Part shown: positions 42,975 through 51,053 of the stretch, one piece after another
Layout of the letters: each line of letters begins with the position of its first letter
Position numbering within the stretch: position 1 is the first letter of the stretch
Source of the DNA: Peptococcaceae bacterium UBA6096
GTDB lineage: Bacteria; Bacillota; Peptococcia; DRI-13; UBA5745
Direction: 5' to 3'
DNA: 64,000 nt
Assembly: GCA_002435905.1 (NCBI GenBank)
Contig: DIWW01000016.1
Location: 72,389 to 136,388 of the forward strand
Program-made: the position numbers and the translations under genes
The notes under the pieces: model-generated
Told to the model about the DNA's origin: nothing
Databases searched by the model: none
Seen by the model: only the letters and a program-made list of their open reading frames with translations

Positions 42975-43906
42975 CCGAGCTGCTGCTGCTTACCGGTTTT
43001 TTAGGCGCCGGCAAAACCACCCTGCTCAACCGTCTCTTAGAAGAGCAAACAGTAAAAACCGGTGTGATCGTCAATGAATTCAGCCAAACCGGCGTGGATG
43101 GCCAGTTGCTCAAGGCTCCAAGGGGCATCGATCTGGTCGAGTTGAACAATGGCTCCATCTTTTGCGCCTGCATCAAGGACAACTTCGTCGATGCCTTGAT
43201 CCAGCTTTCCGATGCGGGTCTGGACCGCCTCTTCATCGAAGCATCGGGACTGGCGGATCCTGCCAGTTTTGCCACCATTCTCGAAGGAATCCGCCCCCAC
43301 ATCCAACAGCCCTATCATTATCTTGGCTCTGTCTGTCTGGTGGACGCCCTCTATTTCCCCCGTTATTTCAAGCTGCTGCCGGCTCTGCGCCGCCAGCTGG
43401 AATACAGCCAGGCTGTCTTGATCAACAAAACGGATCTGGCCGACGAGCCCCAACTGGAGCTCTGCCGAGGGTTGATCCGGGAAACCGCACCGGAGGCTTA
43501 TCTTTGTGAAACCCGCTATGCCCAGGTCCCCTATGATCAATTGGTCCGGGAAATGGCGCGCCGCAGCAGCACCTCCCGTGATGCCCAAACCAGCAGCAAT
43601 ACCGAGGGCACCCGTCCTAAAACCGTGACGCTCTCGACTATGGAAGCCATTACGCCTGAACAGCTAGCTCAATTTTTACAGGAGATCGCTCCCCACACCT
43701 ACCGGATCAAAGGCTTTGTCCTAACCACCGACGGTCTTTATCTGGTCAGCGGCACCGGCCTTGTCTTGACCAACAGTCCGGCGCGCCAGTGGGAAGGTCA
43801 AAGCACCACCTCCCTGGTGATCATCTCCAGCGTCGGTCTGTCCATCGTCTCGCGGGTGCTGGAGGCCGCCCAAAAGGTCTATGCTACACCGGTGAATCTC
43901 CGGTAA
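42971..43906 (+). CDS. COG0523/CobW-family P-loop GTPase (metallochaperone family)
   Basis: LLLLTGFLGAGKTTLLNRLL (P-loop), EASGLADP (switch) and INKTDL (NKxD-like). ATG 42971 forms an ATGA overlap with the activase stop. The usual GCxCC metal motif reads GSIFCAC here. Confidence 0.85.
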   Translation: MTELLLLTGFLGAGKTTLLNRLLEEQTVKTGVIVNEFSQTGVDGQLLKAPRGIDLVELNNGSIFCACIKDNFVDALIQLSDAGLDRLFIEASGLADPASFATILEGIRPHIQQPYHYLGSVCLVDALYFPRYFKLLPALRRQLEYSQAVLINKTDLADEPQLELCRGLIRETAPEAYLCETRYAQVPYDQLVREMARRSSTSRDAQTSSNTEGTRPKTVTLSTMEAITPEQLAQFLQEIAPHTYRIKGFVLTTDGLYLVSGTGLVLTNSPARQWEGQSTTSLVIISSVGLSIVSRVLEAAQKVYATPVNLR

Positions 43907-43927
43907 AAGCAGAATTTTACAAAAGGA

Positions 43928-43965
43928 AGCGGTCTTTATCCTAGAATAAAGCCGCTTTTTTTTTT
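43928..43965 (+). terminator. Rho-independent terminator after the COG0523 gene
   Basis: AGCGGTCTTTAT-CCTAGA-ATAAAGCCGCT followed by T10. Confidence 0.68.
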
Positions 43966-44062
43966 ATGATTAAACCACGCTAAAGGCTTATCTGATCCCC
44001 GTAAGACTTTAGCCCTATCTTTAAAAAATACATTGCTCTGTTATTGAAAGGAGTTTCATCCT

Positions 44063-45418
44063 ATGGGTAAAGAATTAGTGTTCCAGACGCTGAGACACGA
44101 ACAAACCCCCTCGGTTGCCTGGGTGCCGTTTGCAGGCGTTCATGCGGGAAAATTGAAAGGTTATTCCGCCCAGGAAGTCCTGGAAGATGCGGACAAGCTT
44201 TATGAGTCCCTCCTGGAGGTCCACAAGCTTTATTCTCCCGACGGCATGCCCATCGTGTTTGACCTGCAGCTGGAAGCGGAGATCCTTGGCTGTGAGCTTT
44301 TATGGGCCAAGTCCAATCCCCCTTCCGTCAAAACCCATCCCCTGGCCGGCAGTGAGTACAACCTCCCCTGCAAATGCAAAATCCCCACCAAGGAATCCGG
44401 CCGGATTCCCATGATCCTGGATGTCATGAACCGGATAAAAACGGCCGTTGGCGCCGATACCGCCTTATATGGTTTGATCTGCGGCCCCTTCACACTGGCT
44501 TCCCATCTCAGAGGCAGCGATATCTTCATGGATATGATCATGAATGAGCAATATGTCCGAGATTTGGTGGAATTCTGCGGCGAAGTCTGCATGCGGATGA
44601 CCGATTTCTATGCAGAAGCAGGGATGGACGTGATTGGCATCGTGGATCCCCTGGTCAGCCAGATTGCCCCGGAGCACTTTGTTTCCATGCTAAGCCCCAC
44701 CTTCACCGCCTGCTTTGATTACGTCCGAAGCAAAGGTCTCTATTCTTCCTTCTTTGTCTGCGGCAATGCCACCCTGCAGCTTGAGGTCATGTGCCACACC
44801 AAGCCTGACTGCATCTCGGTGGATGAGAACGTGGATATCATCAAAGCCAAAGATACCACGGATAAATACAACATCACCATTGCCGGCAACATTCCTCTGA
44901 CCACCGTCATGCTTCACGGCAACCAACAGGACAACATCAAATGTGTGGTGGATCTGCTGGATGGCATCGAGCACCATAATTTCATCCTGAGCCCCGGCTG
45001 CGATATGCCTTATGATGTACCCATCGAAAATACGGTGGCTGCCATGCAGGCCGTTAAGAACACGGATATCGCCAGAGCCATGGTCGCTGACTATGAAACC
45101 AACTGGGATGACATCGCCGTTGAACTCCCTGATTACGCCAAACTGAAGAAGCCCTTGCTGGAGGTCTTCACCCTGGATTCCGAAAGCTGCGCTGCCTGCA
45201 CCTACATGTGGAACAGCGTGAAGGATGTCCAAGAAAAAGTTTTTGGCGACAAGATCGATATCATCGAGTACAAATATACGATCAAAGAAAACATTGCCCG
45301 CACACGCAAAATGGGTCTGACCAATCTGCCGACTTTGGTGATCAACGGCCAGATCAAATGGGTCTCCATCATTCCCAGCCGGGATAAGCTGGTCGCGGAG
45401 ATCGAGGAACTTCTGTAA
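44063..45418 (+). CDS. URO-D-family (MtaA/CmuA-like) methyltransferase fused to a C-terminal thioredoxin-fold domain
   Basis: The first ~345 aa resemble uroporphyrinogen decarboxylase-family corrinoid methyltransferases (VPFAGVHAGK..., GLICGPFTLASHL, FILSPGCDMPYD). The last ~100 aa read LLEVFTLDSESCAACTYMW...LPTLVINGQIKWVSIIPSRDKLVAEIEELL, a small thioredoxin/glutaredoxin-like fold with CAAC encoded at 45188-45199. Confidence 0.8.
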   Translation: MGKELVFQTLRHEQTPSVAWVPFAGVHAGKLKGYSAQEVLEDADKLYESLLEVHKLYSPDGMPIVFDLQLEAEILGCELLWAKSNPPSVKTHPLAGSEYNLPCKCKIPTKESGRIPMILDVMNRIKTAVGADTALYGLICGPFTLASHLRGSDIFMDMIMNEQYVRDLVEFCGEVCMRMTDFYAEAGMDVIGIVDPLVSQIAPEHFVSMLSPTFTACFDYVRSKGLYSSFFVCGNATLQLEVMCHTKPDCISVDENVDIIKAKDTTDKYNITIAGNIPLTTVMLHGNQQDNIKCVVDLLDGIEHHNFILSPGCDMPYDVPIENTVAAMQAVKNTDIARAMVADYETNWDDIAVELPDYAKLKKPLLEVFTLDSESCAACTYMWNSVKDVQEKVFGDKIDIIEYKYTIKENIARTRKMGLTNLPTLVINGQIKWVSIIPSRDKLVAEIEELL

Positions 45419-45442
45419 ATTTATACTGCTTACCCCTCCGAA

Positions 45443-45494
45443 GGATAGTACCATTCGGGTGTTGGCCCACCCAAATGGTATCTATCCTTTTTTT
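45443..45494 (+). terminator. Rho-independent terminator after the URO-D gene
   Basis: GGATAGTACCATTCGGGTG...CACCCAAATGGTATCTATCC followed by T7. Confidence 0.7.
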
Positions 45495-45629
45495 CCATGG
45501 GCCCATGCCGTTTTAGGGTCTGGTTGGCTTTTTGAACGAAAATTGCCGTCGAAACAGCTCGGCGGCAATTGAAAGGCTTTCTTGATTCTCTTATCCCAGC
45601 TTCAAAAAAAGAGGGCACCTGGCAGGGGG

Positions 45630-47078
45630 TCATGATTTTTCCGGCTCCCCCCGACCCAGGCGCAGGGCGGTCAGGACGACCCCTAAAAGGCATACTCCCG
45701 CCGCCGACAAATAGACCACCTTCATCCCATAGAGGAAGGCCAGATCCTGTCCTTCCGCGAAACTGGTCACCCGGTAGCCAAGGTAATGGCTCATGCGGTT
45801 GTAGAGGAGCACCACAGACAAGGATATCCCTGTCACCATGCCCACATTGCGCACCAAGCCGTTGATGCTGCCGGCGATGCCCATTTTTTCTCTGTCCACC
45901 GCAGCCATAATGATCACATTGTTGGGAGACTGAAAAAGACCGTTGCCGATACCCAGCAAACCGGTTCGCAGAATGATATCCAGATTGGCGGAACTCTGGT
46001 CCAGAAACGCCATGGAGACCAGGCCCGCCGATATCATCATCAAGCCAAGAAGGGTCAGGCGTTGGGCACCCACCTTATCGGCAAGATAACCGCTCACCGG
46101 GGCGGTCAGCATGATGCACAAAGGAGATATCATCATCAGAAGCCCCGACTGTCCCGGCCTTAATCTGAGAACAAATTGCAGATAAAACGGCAGGATGATG
46201 TTCAGGCAGAATATGGATACAAAGGAAAGGAAACCACAAAACAAGCTGCTGCTAAACAGGCTGTTGCGGAACATGGAAAGGTCCAGCATCGGGCGGGGCG
46301 CTTTATGCTCCACCGCAAAAAATATCAGGGCGCAGACAAGGCACAGTGCCAAAGCCCCCAGAATCAAGGGATTGGACCAGCCGAAATCTTCACCGCTTAA
46401 AAACGCCCAGAAGAGCGATACGATCATCATGATAAAGAGAAGCGCGCCGGCGATATCCATGGTTTCGCTGACATGAGGGTGCGCTTTTTTGGGCATCAGC
46501 CGCATCCCGTAATACAAGCCTGCCAGGGCAACCGGCACATTGATATAGAAGATCAACTGCCAATTGTACCATTGAACGATGAATCCGCCCAGGCTGGGCC
46601 CCACCAGCGTTCCAACGGCCACCGCTGTGCCCAGCAATCCCAAGGCCCTGCCCCGCTCGTTGGCAGGAAAGGTTTCTGCCGTCAGACCTTGGTTTGAGGC
46701 CATGAACATGGCTGCGCCCACCGCTTGCACCACCCGGGAAAACACAAGGAACTCCAAGGTTGTGGAAAGGCCGCACAGCAGGGAACCAACGCCGAAAACC
46801 AGATAGCCCAGCAGGAAGATCCGTGATTTACCCACACGGTCCCCGATTTTTCCAAAAATCACGATCACAGCGGAGATGGCGATCAAATAACTGGTCACCA
46901 CCCATTGGATGCTGTTCAGGCCAACCTGCAGCTTTTCGGCCATGATCGGCAACGCCACATTTACAATGCTGCTGTCCAGGGTGGCCATAAATCCGCTTAA
47001 AATCACCACCGGCAGGATCTGCCAACGCTTGGCATAAGGGTCGGATATCTTATCTTGGGGTATCGCTTGATTTGTCAT
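45630..47078 (-). CDS. MFS transporter, DHA2 (EmrB/QacA, 14-TM) type
   Basis: RWQILPVVILSGFMATLDSSIVNVALP...GKIGDRVGKSRIFLLG (MFS motif A-like) and about 14 hydrophobic segments. Start at MTNQAIP. Confidence 0.85.
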   Translation of the reverse strand: MTNQAIPQDKISDPYAKRWQILPVVILSGFMATLDSSIVNVALPIMAEKLQVGLNSIQWVVTSYLIAISAVIVIFGKIGDRVGKSRIFLLGYLVFGVGSLLCGLSTTLEFLVFSRVVQAVGAAMFMASNQGLTAETFPANERGRALGLLGTAVAVGTLVGPSLGGFIVQWYNWQLIFYINVPVALAGLYYGMRLMPKKAHPHVSETMDIAGALLFIMMIVSLFWAFLSGEDFGWSNPLILGALALCLVCALIFFAVEHKAPRPMLDLSMFRNSLFSSSLFCGFLSFVSIFCLNIILPFYLQFVLRLRPGQSGLLMMISPLCIMLTAPVSGYLADKVGAQRLTLLGLMMISAGLVSMAFLDQSSANLDIILRTGLLGIGNGLFQSPNNVIIMAAVDREKMGIAGSINGLVRNVGMVTGISLSVVLLYNRMSHYLGYRVTSFAEGQDLAFLYGMKVVYLSAAGVCLLGVVLTALRLGRGEPEKS

Positions 47079-47107
47079 GTCCGGTCTGAACCCCCGATCC
47101 ATCTGGT

Positions 47108-47902
47108 TTAGGCTAATATCATCCGGTCGTTGGCAGCCGCTTCGCCGCTGGCACTTTCGAATTTTTTCAACAGATCTTCCACTCTGAGGGATCTTTTTTC
47201 CTCTCCGGCCACATCATAGATGATCCGGCCCTCGTTCATCATGATCAAGCGGTTGCCGTAACGGATCGCGTCTTTCATATTATGGGTGACCATCAGTGTG
47301 GTCAACTTGTTTTCAGTCACGATTTCCTCCGTGATTTGCAGGACCCTGCGGGCCGTTTTGGGATCCAGGGCTGCCGTATGCTCATCCAGCAAAAGCAGCT
47401 TGGGCTTCTGTAATGTGGCCATCAACAGCGTTAAGGCCTGGCGCTGCCCCCCGGAAAGCAGGCCGACCTTAGATTTCAGCCGGTTCTCCAGTCCCAGGTC
47501 CAGAATTTTCAATTTCTCATGGTACAATACCCGTTCTTCGTGGCTTATTCCCCAGCTTAAGCCACGTTTCTTGTTGCGGCGGTAGGCCATGGCCAGGTTT
47601 TCTTCGATGCCCATGTCCGCGGCCGTCCCCATCATAGGATCCTGAAAGACCCTTCCCAGATTCTTGGCCCGCACATATTCGGGATCTTTGGTAATGTCTT
47701 GTCCGTCCAGGATCACCTGGCCGGAATCGCTGATATGCACGCCGGCAATGATGTTCAGCATGGTCGACTTGCCTGCGCCATTGCCGCCGATCACGGTGAC
47801 GAAATCCTCTGGATGCAGATGCAGATCAAAGTTGACCAGAACCTTCTTCTCGTTGATGGTCCCGGCATTGAATGTTTTATTAATATTGAATAATTTCAGC
47901 AT
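47108..47902 (-). CDS. ABC transporter ATP-binding protein (TrpZ-like family)
   Basis: Walker A GGNGAGKST, signature LSGGQRQALTLLMA and Walker B LLLLDEHTAALD. Confidence 0.9.
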   Translation of the reverse strand: MLKLFNINKTFNAGTINEKKVLVNFDLHLHPEDFVTVIGGNGAGKSTMLNIIAGVHISDSGQVILDGQDITKDPEYVRAKNLGRVFQDPMMGTAADMGIEENLAMAYRRNKKRGLSWGISHEERVLYHEKLKILDLGLENRLKSKVGLLSGGQRQALTLLMATLQKPKLLLLDEHTAALDPKTARRVLQITEEIVTENKLTTLMVTHNMKDAIRYGNRLIMMNEGRIIYDVAGEEKRSLRVEDLLKKFESASGEAAANDRMILA

Positions 47903-47934
47903 GTTCGTTCCTCCTTCAATCAGAACTCATTCCG

Positions 47935-48828
47935 TTACCTGACCGCAATCTTCTTCTTGACCACCGGGATCGACAGCGCCATGGCCACGATGACGGCTGT
48001 AAGGAGTTTCAGGTCGGAGGATTTCAAGCCCATTTGAAGCACGATGGCAATGATCATTCGGTATATCGCAGAACCCAGCACCACCGACAAGAGCTTGTAG
48101 GCAAAGTTGAACCGTTTGCCGAAAATCACTTCGCCGATAATGATCGAAGCCAAGCCGATCACCAGGGTCCCGGTGCCCATGCCCACGTCGGCATAGCCCT
48201 GGCTTTGAGCCACCAAGGCGCCGGATAACGCCACCAGCCCATTGCTGATCAGCAGGCCCAGGATCTTCATCTGGTCGGTGCTGGCTCCCAAAGCCCTTAC
48301 CATATATTCATTATTTCCTGTGGCCCGGATGGCGCAGCCGATTTCCGTGCCGAAATACCAATACATAATACCTGTGATGACTGCGGCGAAGAGGATACCC
48401 AGCAAAAGGGAAATCACACTGTTGGACAAACCGGTCAGGTTCATGATTTGGGTGACCACCGTGGCCTCCCCTAGCAAAGCCACGTTGGGCTTGCCCATGA
48501 TCCGGATGTTGATGGAATACAAGGCGATCATGGATAGGATACCGGCCAGGATCGCGGGGATCTTCAATTTGGTGTTCAGAAAGCCGGTGACCACACCAGC
48601 CATCATGCCAGCCACGATGGAAAAAATCAGCGTCAAATAGGGATTCATCCCTTTGACGATCAGGATGGCGCTGACCGCGCCCCCTAACGCGAAACTGCCG
48701 TCCACCGTTAAATCCGCATAATCCAGTACTTTATAGGTAATATAAAGGCCCAGGGTCATGATCCCCCAAAGGACGCCCTGGGATACTGCGCCTTGCAGCG
48801 CCATGATGATACCGGATAGGTTGTCCAT
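47935..48828 (-). CDS. ABC transporter permease (TrpY-like family)
   Basis: 297-aa polytopic membrane protein (…TVDGSFALGGAVSAILI…). Lies between the SBP and ATPase genes. Confidence 0.82.
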   Translation of the reverse strand: MDNLSGIIMALQGAVSQGVLWGIMTLGLYITYKVLDYADLTVDGSFALGGAVSAILIVKGMNPYLTLIFSIVAGMMAGVVTGFLNTKLKIPAILAGILSMIALYSINIRIMGKPNVALLGEATVVTQIMNLTGLSNSVISLLLGILFAAVITGIMYWYFGTEIGCAIRATGNNEYMVRALGASTDQMKILGLLISNGLVALSGALVAQSQGYADVGMGTGTLVIGLASIIIGEVIFGKRFNFAYKLLSVVLGSAIYRMIIAIVLQMGLKSSDLKLLTAVIVAMALSIPVVKKKIAVR

Positions 48829-48920
48829 ATCTTTCCCCCCGCATTACGTCAAAATGGGCGATGAGGTCCCCCTCATCGCCGCCCTTGTTTTTGTTCGGTT
48901 CTGATTCCTCAGACCTTCGG

Positions 48921-49934
48921 TTATTGTTTGGCTTTGGCTGCCAGTTCTGCCGGCACCTGAATGCCAATTTCATCCACCACGGCTTGATTCAAAGTGAAAT
49001 TCAAGTCGCTCAGGTATTCGATGGGCATGTCCTTGGTGCTTTTGCCATCCCGAAGGACCGCCACAGCCTGGACTGCCGTCAGCTTGCCTAAATTATAGTA
49101 GTTGATGCCGTAGGTTGCCAGCCCGCCGTTGGCCACCATGCCTTCTTCGCCCACAATCACGGGAATCTTGGCAGGATTGGTCACTGTGGCAACGGTTGCC
49201 ATGCCGGCAGCCAGCATATTGTCTGTGGGAATGTAGAAAGCCTGCACCTTGCCAACCAAAGATTGGGCAACCTGCTGGATTTCATTGGAGCTGGATACAG
49301 AGCCTTCGATGACTTCGATACCCAGAGCCGCTGCCGCTTCCTTCGCCAGGTTCACCTGGAAAACGGAGTTGGCTTCGCTGGAACTGTAAAGAATGCCGAT
49401 GGTTTTCACATCCGGCACAAATTGCTTGATCAAATCGATTTGTTCCTTGACGGGTGTCAGGTCAGAGGTTCCGCTGACGTTGCCGCCGGGCGCCTTGTTG
49501 TCCGCAACCAGCTTGGCATCCGCAGGATCGGTAACGGCTGTGACAAGGATCGGAATATCTTTGGTCACGTTGGCTACCGCTTGGGCCGCAGGTGTTGCGA
49601 TGGCTAGGATCAGGTCATTTTTGTCATTGACCAGCTTGGTGGCAATGGTCTGGCAGTTAGCCTGCTCGCCTTGGGCGTTATTGAAATCGATGGTGATGTT
49701 TTTGCCTTCTTCAAAACCTGCTTCTTTCAGGCCATCAATAAAGCCCTGGTATGAAGCATCCAAAGCGGCATGTTCCACCAGCTGGATCACGCCGATTTTG
49801 TAGATTTTTTCCGCCGCTGCCGTGGTCTCTTTGGTTGCAGTCCCTTGGCTGGCACTGCTTCCGCAACCTGCCAGGCTTCCCGCTACCATCAAACCTGCCA
49901 GCAAGGTCGCGGCCAATTTGCTTAGTCTTTTCAT
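48921..49934 (-). CDS. ABC transporter substrate-binding lipoprotein (ABC_sub_bind/TrpX-like family); substrate unknown
   Basis: Lipobox LAGCGS, then YKIGVIQLVEHAALDASYQGFIDGLKEAGF...LILAIATPAAQA, typical of that family. Confidence 0.85.
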   Translation of the reverse strand: MKRLSKLAATLLAGLMVAGSLAGCGSSASQGTATKETTAAAEKIYKIGVIQLVEHAALDASYQGFIDGLKEAGFEEGKNITIDFNNAQGEQANCQTIATKLVNDKNDLILAIATPAAQAVANVTKDIPILVTAVTDPADAKLVADNKAPGGNVSGTSDLTPVKEQIDLIKQFVPDVKTIGILYSSSEANSVFQVNLAKEAAAALGIEVIEGSVSSSNEIQQVAQSLVGKVQAFYIPTDNMLAAGMATVATVTNPAKIPVIVGEEGMVANGGLATYGINYYNLGKLTAVQAVAVLRDGKSTKDMPIEYLSDLNFTLNQAVVDEIGIQVPAELAAKAKQ

Positions 49935-50035
49935 CTCTGTTCTACCATCCTTCCGTTCTATTCAATGATTGGTTTAATTGATACGTCTTCTGAAAGCCTT
50001 TGAATCCCCTGCTTTCGGAATGCGAATACCGTAAA

Positions 50036-50064
50036 ATTATACAATACGCGGCTGACAGCGTCAA
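50036..50064 (-). promoter_or_regulatory. Candidate sigma-A promoter for the ABC importer operon, overlapping the metA stop
   Basis: Minus strand has TTGACG (50059-50064), a 17-nt spacer, then TATAAT (50036-50041). Confidence 0.55.
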
Positions 50065-50993
50065 TCTTTGTCTTCTGAGTCCAGGGTCCGCAGGTCATAG
50101 GGGGTCTCCTGATAGACATAGTAATTCAGCCAGTTGGCGAACAAAAGATTGGCATGGCTCCGCCAGCGCACCCGGGGTATTTGCCGGGGATCATCATTAG
50201 GGTAATAATTTCTGGGGATTTTGATGGGCAGCCCCCGGGACACATCCCGGTCATACTCTGCTTTAAGGGTCAGCGCATCGTATTCGAAATGGCCGAAAAT
50301 GTAGATCTGCCGTCCATTCAGCGCCCGGACGATGTTGACGCCGGCTTCCTCGGACTCCGCCACCATGTCCAGCTCGGCGCAGGCCATAATGTCATCCCGG
50401 TGCACTTCCGTATGCCGGGAATGGGGGCAATAGAATACATCATCAAATCCTCTCAGAAGCCGTACATAATTACGGGTGGCCTGATGAGGGAAAACCCCGA
50501 AACACTTTTCGGGCAGATGATATTTCGGGATGCCATAATGATAGAACAAGCCGGCCTGGGCCCCCCAGCAGATGTGCATGGTGGAATAGACGTGGCGCGT
50601 GGACCAATCCATGATCTGACACATTTCATCCCAATAATCCACATCTTCAAAGTCCAGGTCCTCCACAGGGGCTCCGGTGATGATCATGCCGTCGAAACGC
50701 TCTTTTTTGATTTCCTCCCAGGTTTTGTAGAAGGTGGTCAAATGGGCTTCCGGCGTATTTTTGCTCACATGGGATATCGACTGAAGCAAAGTGATGTCCA
50801 CCTGCAAAGGCGTATTGCCCAGTAAACGCAGCAATTGAGTCTCTGTGGCAATTTTTGTGGGCATCAGATTCAGGATCGCAACTTTCAGGGGACGGATGTC
50901 CTGGGCATAAGCCCGGTGCTCCGACATGACAAAAATATTTTCGTTGCTTAAGGTCGACGCCGCCGGCAAATTGTCTGGTATTCGTATGGGCAA
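50061..50993 (-). CDS. metA: Homoserine O-acyltransferase (MetA family)
   Basis: [46 protein letters not shown]...[10 protein letters not shown]. The likely start is TTG 50991-50993, giving the canonical MPIRIP; the track uses GTG 51002. Confidence 0.9.
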   Translation of the reverse strand: MPIRIPDNLPAASTLSNENIFVMSEHRAYAQDIRPLKVAILNLMPTKIATETQLLRLLGNTPLQVDITLLQSISHVSKNTPEAHLTTFYKTWEEIKKERFDGMIITGAPVEDLDFEDVDYWDEMCQIMDWSTRHVYSTMHICWGAQAGLFYHYGIPKYHLPEKCFGVFPHQATRNYVRLLRGFDDVFYCPHSRHTEVHRDDIMACAELDMVAESEEAGVNIVRALNGRQIYIFGHFEYDALTLKAEYDRDVSRGLPIKIPRNYYPNDDPRQIPRVRWRSHANLLFANWLNYYVYQETPYDLRTLDSEDKD

Positions 50994-51053
50994 TCGAATC
51001 ACTTCCCTTCCGTAAGATTTAGCTCAAGAAATCTATGCCCGGACCGCAGCCGG

